In this document: piece after piece, positions 57,235 to 64,000 of the stretch | How the letters are laid out: each line of letters begins with the position of its first letter | Position numbering within the stretch: position 1 is the first letter of the stretch | Assembly (NCBI GenBank): GCA_965232515.1 | Contig: CBDDPY010000002.1 | Location: 928,001-992,000 of the forward strand | Origin: Alphaproteobacteria bacterium | GTDB lineage: Bacteria; Pseudomonadota; Alphaproteobacteria; GCA-2731375 | DNA: 64,000 nucleotides | Direction: 5' to 3' | The notes under the pieces: model-generated | Seen by the model: only the letters and a program-made list of their open reading frames with translations | Told to the model about the DNA's origin: nothing | The model's database searches: none | Program-made: the position numbers and the translations under genes

Positions 57235-58926
57235 TCAGCCGAAGTAGATCACCAGACAGGCGCCGAGCAGGACGGCGGCCCAGAGCGCCATGCTGCCGGT
57301 GGGCCAGGTGCGGGCGAGGGCGCCTTCCGGGCCGTGGTGGTCGTAGATCCGCCGCAGCGCCCGCGTCACCAGCCGTTCGAGGTCGGCGGTGGCGTTGCCG
57401 TGCGCAACGCTGACACGCGTCGACAGCCAGCCGACGACACGAGGCGCGAGCCAGCGGTAGCTGAAATCGAAATCGAGAACCGTGGAACGCAGTTCCGGTG
57501 GGTAGAGACCGGTTCTTTGCAGCGTGGCGAAGGCGAGTGCGGAAAAAAGGAGAAGCTGAAGCGTCGTGACCACATGCGTTGTCGTATAAGGCGTGTAATC
57601 CACCGGGAAGGGCAGCAGCGCGTACAATGGCTGCGGATAGACGCCGATGCCGATGCTGAGGCACGCCGTCAGTCCCATGGCCAACAGCATATTCGTGGGC
57701 GCTTCCCTGGGCCGCTTGCCGGAATCATGGGCGAAAAAGGCGAAGAACGGGATTTTGATGCCCGAATGGTGGAAAACGCCGGCGGACGCGAACAACAGGA
57801 CCAGGAAGGTGATCACATAGCCTTCTTCGGCTGCGGCCGTCAGGATCATGGATTTGGTGACGAAGCCGCTGAACAGCGGAACGGCGGAGATGGAGGCGGC
57901 GCCGACGATGCAGAATCCAGTGGTCCATGGCATGGTCTTGTAAAGTCCACCCAGTTCCGAGCCCTTGGCCGTGCCCGTCCGGTAAAGGACCGCCCCCATC
58001 GACATAAACAAAAGCGCCTTATAGAGGATGTGGGCGAAGGCGTGGCTGACCGCCCCGTTGATGGCAAGCGTGGTGCCGATGCCAATACCCGCCACCATAA
58101 AGCCCAACTGGTTGTTGAGGCTGTAGGCTAGAACCCGGCGTAAATCGTTCTCGATCACGGCGTAGAATATGGGGAAGGCGGTCATGGCCGCGCCGATCCA
58201 GATGAGCATTTCGGTACCCGCATAACCGCGCGCCAGGGCGTAGACGGCCAGCTTCGTGGTAAAGGCGCTGAGGAATACCGTGCCTGTGACCGAGGCTTCC
58301 GGATAGGCGTCCTGCAGCCAGTTGTGCAGCAGCGGGAAGGCGCATTTAATGCCGAAGGCGAGCAGGATGATCGTGCCGCCGGGGCTGTCCAGACCGATAT
58401 TGTCGAAGGCGATCGAGCCGGTTTCGCTGGCGCGCACAACAGCGCCCACCAACAACAGCACGCCCGACAACGTATAGATGATCACACATCGGAACCCAGC
58501 GCGGTAGGCCCGGGTCGTCCTTCCGGCGAAGATCAGGACGACGGCTGCGATCGCCGCCAGCTCCCAATAAATGAGCAAGGTGATCAGATCCCCGGCGAAG
58601 GTCGCGCCAATGGTTGCGCCCACACAAACGAGGGCGGCGGTCTGTTCCACCCGGTCGTCGCTTTGCCAGGCGAACAAGATGCCCAAGGCCGCTGAGATAT
58701 AGAAAATATAGCCAAATATCAGGCTTAGCTTGTCGATGCGCACGTGGGTCTGCTCGAAACCAAAGTTCGACACGGCTCCGAACGCGCCCGGCTCCAACGC
58801 CGTCAATTGCCAAATGCCAAGCAGCGGCAGGGCGAGCATGTAGACCGAGCGCAGATTCCCCCTGATGAACGGCACCAGAATGGCGCCGACGATCAGCAGC
58901 AGACCGGGTGGAAACTCAGCGGTCAT
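57235..58926 (-). CDS. mrpD: Mrp antiporter-like subunit (MrpD family, distal copy)
   Basis: WEL, KCAFP.LHNWL.DAYP, FTTKLAVY, ENDLRR.LAYS, HILYKALLF. Confidence 0.9.
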   Translation of the reverse strand: MTAEFPPGLLLIVGAILVPFIRGNLRSVYMLALPLLGIWQLTALEPGAFGAVSNFGFEQTHVRIDKLSLIFGYIFYISAALGILFAWQSDDRVEQTAALVCVGATIGATFAGDLITLLIYWELAAIAAVVLIFAGRTTRAYRAGFRCVIIYTLSGVLLLVGAVVRASETGSIAFDNIGLDSPGGTIILLAFGIKCAFPLLHNWLQDAYPEASVTGTVFLSAFTTKLAVYALARGYAGTEMLIWIGAAMTAFPIFYAVIENDLRRVLAYSLNNQLGFMVAGIGIGTTLAINGAVSHAFAHILYKALLFMSMGAVLYRTGTAKGSELGGLYKTMPWTTGFCIVGAASISAVPLFSGFVTKSMILTAAAEEGYVITFLVLLFASAGVFHHSGIKIPFFAFFAHDSGKRPREAPTNMLLAMGLTACLSIGIGVYPQPLYALLPFPVDYTPYTTTHVVTTLQLLLFSALAFATLQRTGLYPPELRSTVLDFDFSYRWLAPRVVGWLSTRVSVAHGNATADLERLVTRALRRIYDHHGPEGALARTWPTGSMALWAAVLLGACLVIYFG

Positions 58927-59200
58927 AATAGTCTTCGTCGCGCATCAGGATCTTGCGCAACTCACGCGCCGTCAGCACCAGGGCAAAGGACACGAAAAAG
59001 CCGAACAGGCCGAAAAATCCGAACCAATTCTCGAACGCGTAATGCACGTGTTTTTCGTAAACGGCGTCCGACAGCAACAAGAACGCGCACACCACGACCA
59101 GCGCCCAGAACAGCTTGTGCACGTTGCGCATATCGTCGAGCCAGAAGCGCTTGCCGCCGTCCTTTTCCGGGGTGCGATCGTTCGAGGGCGCCTCGGTCAT
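58916..59200 (-). CDS. Small two-TM membrane protein of the mrp operon
   Basis: GGAGG RBS; WLD..RNV.KL, two TM segments, LMRDEDYYD tail overlapping the next gene. Confidence 0.8.
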   Translation of the reverse strand: MTEAPSNDRTPEKDGGKRFWLDDMRNVHKLFWALVVVCAFLLLSDAVYEKHVHYAFENWFGFFGLFGFFVSFALVLTARELRKILMRDEDYYDR

Positions 59201-59215
59201 GTCATATCCTCCGGA

Positions 59216-59332
59216 TCAGGGCTTCGCCAGGCGCGCCAGCACGATCAGCGCCAGCACGGCATAGCCCCCGCGCAAGAGCTTCTTGATGTTTTCGGGCCGT
59301 TGCAGCCAGTGGCGGTCGTCGTTGTCGTTCAT
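59216..59332 (-). pseudogene. Truncated 38-aa paralogue of the adjacent small mrp membrane protein
   Basis: Hand translation MNDNDDRHWLQRPENIKKLLRGGYAVLALIVLARLAKP*; resembles the first TM region of 58916-59200; AGGA upstream. Confidence 0.55.
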
Positions 59333-59345
59333 GGCGCGTCCGATC

Positions 59346-60803
59346 CTACCCGCCGACCAGCATTGTGGCGAACTCGATGGCCGGTTCCGGCACAAAGAAC
59401 AACAGCAGCGTCAAGAACGCCGTCGCCGTCAGGGCAATGACAATGGGCAGCGGCGCCTCGCCATGGGGATGCGGATTGCTTTCCCCGGCCGGCGGCTTGA
59501 CGAAAGCGGCATAGACGATGGGCAGGTAATAGGCGGCGTTCAGCAGGGTCGAGAGCACGATCACGCCCACCGCGAACCACTGCTCCACCTCGAGCGCGCC
59601 CAGCAGCATGTACCACTTGCTCAAAAAACCGGCCGCCGGCGGTATGCCGATCATCGACAAGGCGCCGATGGCGAACGCGCCCATGGTCCACGGCATGCGC
59701 CGGCCGATGCCGTCGAGCTGGCTGACATTGGTCTTATGCGCGGCGGTGTAGATCGAGCCGGCGGCGAAGAACAGCGTAATCTTGCCGAAGGCGTGCGCGA
59801 CGATGTGCAACGCCGCGCCGGCAACGCTCAACGGCGCCAGAATGAACGCCGCCATGATCACGTAGGAAAGCTGCGATATCGTCGAATAGGCCAGCCGCCG
59901 CTTCAGGTTGTCCTGCCGGAGCGCGATGATCGAGGCCAGGATAATGGTGCCACCGGCAAGCCAGAGCACGATGTCGGCCGCGGGCAGGCCGGCCAGGAAA
60001 TCGATGCCGAAGGTGTAGACGACGATCTTCACCACCGTGAACACGCCGGCCTTGACCACGGCGACGGCATGCAGCAGCGCGCTCACCGGCGTCGGCGCCA
60101 CCATGGCCGCCGGCAGCCAGCGGTGCACCGGCATCAGCGCCGCCTTGCCAATGCCGTAGATGTAAAGCAGCAGCAGCACGCCCGCGAGCCCCGGCGCCAC
60201 CTTGTCCTGCAGGATACCGCCGGCTTCGAAATCGAGCGTGCCGGCGAACTGCCAGGTCAGCAGGATCGCCAGCAGCAGCAGCACCAGCGAGGTCGACATC
60301 AACAGGCCCATATAGGTCCGGCCCGATTTCTTCGACTCGTCGTTTTCGTGGTGGGCGACCAGGGGGTAGGTCGAGATCGTCAGGATCTCATAGGCGATGA
60401 ACAACGTCAGCAGGTTGGCCGATAAGGCGACGCCCATGGTCGCGGCGAGCGCGATGGCGAAGCAGACGTAGAACCGCGTCTGCTTGGCCTCGTTGTTGCC
60501 GCGCATATAGCCGATCGAATAGATCGAGTTGATCACCCAGAGCAGCGAGGCGACGCAGGCGAAGGCCATGCCCAGCGGCTCGATTTCGAAGGCGATCGGC
60601 AGGCCGGGCAGGGGCTCTGCCAGCGTCAGCGCCAGCACCTCGCCGGCCAGCACCGCTGGCACCATCGAATAGACCGTCACCGCCAGGGCAAGCGCCGCGC
60701 CGATGGTCACGGCCTCGCGAAGGTTCGGCCAGCGGCCAAGCAGCGCGATCGGCACCGTCGCCACGGACGGGATCGCCAGGGCCAGCGCGATGCCGCCGCT
60801 CAT
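59346..60803 (-). CDS. Mrp antiporter-like subunit with MrpA/NuoL-type TM8 motif
   Basis: YEIL, GKAALMP.H.WLP.AM.APTPVSALLHAVAVVKAG, LKRRLAYST; ATG overlaps upstream TGA. Confidence 0.9.
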   Translation of the reverse strand: MSGGIALALAIPSVATVPIALLGRWPNLREAVTIGAALALAVTVYSMVPAVLAGEVLALTLAEPLPGLPIAFEIEPLGMAFACVASLLWVINSIYSIGYMRGNNEAKQTRFYVCFAIALAATMGVALSANLLTLFIAYEILTISTYPLVAHHENDESKKSGRTYMGLLMSTSLVLLLLAILLTWQFAGTLDFEAGGILQDKVAPGLAGVLLLLYIYGIGKAALMPVHRWLPAAMVAPTPVSALLHAVAVVKAGVFTVVKIVVYTFGIDFLAGLPAADIVLWLAGGTIILASIIALRQDNLKRRLAYSTISQLSYVIMAAFILAPLSVAGAALHIVAHAFGKITLFFAAGSIYTAAHKTNVSQLDGIGRRMPWTMGAFAIGALSMIGIPPAAGFLSKWYMLLGALEVEQWFAVGVIVLSTLLNAAYYLPIVYAAFVKPPAGESNPHPHGEAPLPIVIALTATAFLTLLLFFVPEPAIEFATMLVGG

Positions 60804-62287
60804 CACCACGCCCCGTGCAGCAGCAGCGACGCGGCGCGGTTCGCGTTCTCGACCGTCAGCGACGTTTCGATGCCGAAATAGACGTTCGCCAGCACCAGGA
60901 CCCAGGTCGGGATCAGCATCACCAGCGGCGCCTCGCGCACCGGTTCGCGGCCCGTCGGCGCCGGCTGTAGATAGGCCGCCTCGATCACCCGCCAGACATA
61001 GATCAGCGCCAGGGGTGCCGCCAGCAGGATGGCTACGGCCAGCGGCCAATAGCCTTGCTCCAATGCCGCCTGCACCAGATACCATTTGGAGATAAAGCCG
61101 GCGGTCAGCGGCACGCCGATCAGGCTGAGGCCCGCGACCACGAAGCCGGCCATGGTCCAGGGCATCTCGCGCGCGATGCCGGCCATCTGTTCGATGCGCA
61201 CCGAGCCGATCCGGTAGAAGACGCAGCCCAGCACACAGAACAGCGCGCCCTTCATCAGGGCGTGGTTGAACAGGTGAACGACGGCGGCCAGCAGCGCGGT
61301 CTGGGTCGCGAGGCTAAGGCCCAGCACGATGTAGCCGATCTGGGCGACGCTGGAATAGGCCAGCATGCGCTTGATGTTGATCTGGAAGATCGCCACCAGC
61401 GAGCCGGCAAAGACGGCGATCAGGGCCGGGACGAACAGGACCATGCCCAGCGGCTCCTCGCCGAAGGCGAAGCCGACGCCGAACACGCTGTAGACCAGAC
61501 GCAGCATGACGTAGACCGAGACCTTGGTGGCTGTCGCGGCGATAAAGGCCGAGACCGCGCTCGGCGCATAGGCATAGGCGTTCGGCAGCCAGAGATGCAG
61601 CGGAAACAGCGCCAGCTTGAGCGCGATGCCGACGGTGACGAACGAGAAGGCGACCAGCACGGCGCGCGCATCCTGCACGTCGGCCAGCCGCTGGTTCAGA
61701 TCGACCAGGTTCAGCGTGCCGGTCACCATGTAAAGCATGCCAATGCCGATCAGATAGAAGGTCGCGCCGATGGTGCCCAGGATCAGGTACTGGAATGCCG
61801 CCGTCAGCGCCTTGCGCCGCCGGCCCATGGCGATCAGCGCATAGGTCGAGAGCGACGAAATCTCCAGGAACACGAAAATATTGAATGCGTCGCCCGTGAT
61901 CGTGATGCCCAACAGCCCAGTCAGGCACAGCACGTACATGGCGTAGAACAAATGCTGCCGGTCCGGCGCGATCTCGCGCTCAACGCTGCGATAGGCATAA
62001 AGCAGCACCACGGCGCCGATCGCCGCCACGATCAGCAGCACGAATACGTTCAGAATATCGACGCGATACTCGATGCCCCAGGGCGGCGGCCAGCCGCCGA
62101 GCGCATAGGTGATCGGCTCGCCGGCGGCGAGCACCTGCAGCAGCAGCGCAACGGCGATGGCGAAGGCGGCCCAGCTCACCAGCAGCGCCAGTAACCAGGC
62201 CAGCCGGCCGTTGAAGGTCAGCACGCAAAGCGGCGCCGCGATCAGTGGCAGAACCACCTGCAGGGCTGGAAGGTGCGGCGCGATCAC
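60803..62287 (-). CDS. mrpD: Mrp Na+/H+ antiporter subunit D
   Basis: GGWPPPWGIE, GDAFNIFVFLEI, LKLALFPLHLWLP.AY, TKV, KRMLAYSS. Confidence 0.93.
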   Translation of the reverse strand: MIAPHLPALQVVLPLIAAPLCVLTFNGRLAWLLALLVSWAAFAIAVALLLQVLAAGEPITYALGGWPPPWGIEYRVDILNVFVLLIVAAIGAVVLLYAYRSVEREIAPDRQHLFYAMYVLCLTGLLGITITGDAFNIFVFLEISSLSTYALIAMGRRRKALTAAFQYLILGTIGATFYLIGIGMLYMVTGTLNLVDLNQRLADVQDARAVLVAFSFVTVGIALKLALFPLHLWLPNAYAYAPSAVSAFIAATATKVSVYVMLRLVYSVFGVGFAFGEEPLGMVLFVPALIAVFAGSLVAIFQINIKRMLAYSSVAQIGYIVLGLSLATQTALLAAVVHLFNHALMKGALFCVLGCVFYRIGSVRIEQMAGIAREMPWTMAGFVVAGLSLIGVPLTAGFISKWYLVQAALEQGYWPLAVAILLAAPLALIYVWRVIEAAYLQPAPTGREPVREAPLVMLIPTWVLVLANVYFGIETSLTVENANRAASLLLHGAW

Positions 62288-62640
62288 TCTTCCTCGTCCT
62301 GCAGGTCGATCTCATCCTCCTCGATGGTGCCGTAGGCTTCGCGGATGCGCACGACAAGGGCCAGTCCCAGCGACGTCGTGGCGACGCCGACGACGATGGC
62401 GGTCAGGATCAGGACGTGAGGCAGCGGATTCGTGTAGACGGTGAAACGTTCGTCCGCGATCGGCGCGGTGCCGCCGGCGACCTTGGCGAGCGAGATGTAG
62501 AGCAGGAATACCGACGTCTGAAAGATATTAAGGCCGACGATCTTCTTGATCAGGTTGCCGCGCGACACGACGATATAGAGGCCGATCATCATCAGCACGA
62601 CGACGACCCAATAATTCAGGTGCGCGAGAACGAAGGTCAC
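62284..62640 (-). CDS. mrpC: Mrp subunit C
   Basis: NLIKKIVGL, NPLPHVLILTAIVVGVA, YGTIEED. Confidence 0.93.
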   Translation of the reverse strand: MTFVLAHLNYWVVVVLMMIGLYIVVSRGNLIKKIVGLNIFQTSVFLLYISLAKVAGGTAPIADERFTVYTNPLPHVLILTAIVVGVATTSLGLALVVRIREAYGTIEEDEIDLQDEEE

Positions 62641-63059
62641 TCGTCGCGCCCCCGCCCGGCGAACTGAAAGAAGATCGCGATCATCGTCGCCGCCACGGTG
62701 ATGCCGACGCCGAACTCGACCAGCAGGATGCCGATATGCTGGCCGCTCTGCTGCGTGGCGCCGAGCGGCGTGTAATCGAGATAGTTGGCGCCGAGGAACA
62801 TCGGCACCACGCCGACGCCGGCGAACAACAGCACGCCGGCCGAGATCAGGATAGTCACGATCTTTATCGGCGCCACCTGGCGCGCGTTCTCGAGTCCGAA
62901 GATCAGCGCATAAAGGATAATCGCCGCGGCGAAGATCACGCCGGCCTGAAAGCCGCCGCCCGGCCCAAAATCGCCGTGGAACTGCACATAAAGGCCGAAC
63001 AACATGATGAACGGGATCAGCAGCTTGGCCGCGATGCGCAATACGCGATGATGTTTCAT
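62637..63059 (-). CDS. mrpB: Mrp subunit B
   Basis: HGDFGPGGGFQAG, LVEFGVG. Confidence 0.93.
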   Translation of the reverse strand: MKHHRVLRIAAKLLIPFIMLFGLYVQFHGDFGPGGGFQAGVIFAAAIILYALIFGLENARQVAPIKIVTILISAGVLLFAGVGVVPMFLGANYLDYTPLGATQQSGQHIGILLVEFGVGITVAATMIAIFFQFAGRGRDE

Positions 63060-63628
63060 TCGCGCTTCGCCTCCGGTTTTTCGGCCGTCTCGGACCGGTC
63101 GCGGCGGCGCCAGGCGCCGCCGATCAACATCAGCACGGCGACGCCGGCCGTGAAAATCACCGTCACCTCGCCCAGCGTGTCGTAGCCGCGATAGCTCGCC
63201 AGCACCGACGTGACGATGTTCGGAATGCCGATTTCGGTCGGTGAATCCTGGATATAGCGGTCAACCAGATAGCGGTTCGCCGGCGCGTCGGGATCGCCGA
63301 AGTTCGGCATATCGAAGGTGCCGTAGATCAGCGCCGCGCCCGTGACCAGCACCACGATCATCGGCAGCAGTGGCGTGTGCACCGGGATCTTCTCGCGCTG
63401 CTTGGTCAGCGACAGGGCGCCGACCATCAATACGGTCGAAATGCCGGCGCCGACGGCCGCCTCGGTAAAGGCCACGTCGACCGCGTCCAACGCGACGAAC
63501 ATGGCGGCGGCGATCAGGCTATAGACGCCCGACAGCATGACCACCGCGAACAGGCTGTGCATCCGCAGGATTGCGAAGCCGGTGACCGCCAGGAACAGCA
63601 GCAGGACGATATCGACCAGGAGTTCGAT
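63056..63628 (-). CDS. DUF4040 / MrpA C-terminal (MrpB')-like subunit
   Basis: LDAVDVAFTEAAVGAG, PNIVTSVLASYRGYDTLGE; start inferred at non-canonical ATC. Confidence 0.85.
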   Translation of the reverse strand: MELLVDIVLLLFLAVTGFAILRMHSLFAVVMLSGVYSLIAAAMFVALDAVDVAFTEAAVGAGISTVLMVGALSLTKQREKIPVHTPLLPMIVVLVTGAALIYGTFDMPNFGDPDAPANRYLVDRYIQDSPTEIGIPNIVTSVLASYRGYDTLGEVTVIFTAGVAVLMLIGGAWRRRDRSETAEKPEAKRE

Positions 63629-63630
63629 GA

Positions 63631-63957
63631 CTAATCGTCCTTCTTGTCCGGTTCGGGCGCCAGCAGCGGCTTCAAGCCGGCCGCCAGCGCGGCGCGCGCC
63701 GTCGTATGCGTCGTTGTCGGGCTGGTGATGAACAGGAATGCCATGATCAGCAGCAGCTTCAGGCTGACCAGGCTGAAGCCGGCCTGCACGATCAGGCCGA
63801 GCAGGATCAAACCCGCGCCCATGGTATCGGTGATACCGGCCGGATGCAGGCGGGTGAAGAAATCCGGCATGCGCAGCAGGCCGATGCCGCCGATGACGAT
63901 GAACACCGATCCCGCGCCCAGCAGCACCCAGCTGACGATGTCGGCCAACAGTTCCAT
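63631..63957 (-). CDS. mrpG: Mrp subunit G
   Basis: GLLRMPDFFTRLH, TSP..H..ARAA. Confidence 0.93.
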   Translation of the reverse strand: MELLADIVSWVLLGAGSVFIVIGGIGLLRMPDFFTRLHPAGITDTMGAGLILLGLIVQAGFSLVSLKLLLIMAFLFITSPTTTHTTARAALAAGLKPLLAPEPDKKDD

Positions 63958-64000
63958 TACTCCGCCGCCTCCCGCCGCTCTGACGTCGGCTCATCCGCGA
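63957..64000 (-). CDS. 3' end of the upstream mrp gene (probably mrpF), truncated by the window edge
   Basis: ...ADEPTSERREAAE-TAA with TAATG stop/start overlap into mrpG; identity from gene order only. Confidence 0.5.
   Translation of the reverse strand, partial: ADEPTSERREAAE

Noticed and set aside
63056-63994. 312-aa ORF as called in the track
   Set aside because: The N-terminal ~120 aa is an off-frame read through mrpG; only the part from about 63628 resembles an Mrp subunit

Overview
High-GC alphaproteobacterial chromosomal window (Rhodospirillales-like gene order), made up mostly of core genes. In order: mucR/ros; glyA-nrdR-ribD-ribE-ribB(X)-ribH-nusB-thiL; a K+-independent H+-pyrophosphatase; bamE; the yceD-rpmF-plsX-fabH-ihfA-MerR-tRNA-Pro block; an orphan multi-PAS histidine kinase; ctaA-cutA; an ECH/CoA-binding/metY/adenylate cyclase run; rplM-rpsI-argC; a CGNR/ABATE regulator divergent from azlCD; phaC; an OmpA-domain lipoprotein; alaC-hom-glpX-recJ-tRNA-Glu; a form II cox (CODH-like molybdoenzyme) cluster; a hicBA toxin-antitoxin pair; and a split Mrp Na+/H+ antiporter operon running off the right edge. 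I saw no CRISPR array, integrase, transposase or prophage. Strongest leads: (1) two inverted copies of a CTAACC-N8-GGTTAG palindrome bracketing the promoter between the uncharacterised CGNR/ABATE regulator and azlCD, a candidate operator for this family; (2) a tRNA-Glu with a bulged T-stem; (3) an mrp gene that appears to need an ATC start, plus a mosaic distal mrp segment with a truncated small gene; (4) an accessory lipoprotein of unknown function with Vps62/NPP1-like motif order. All calls rest on motif recognition and synteny by eye. No searches were run, and start codons are best estimates.
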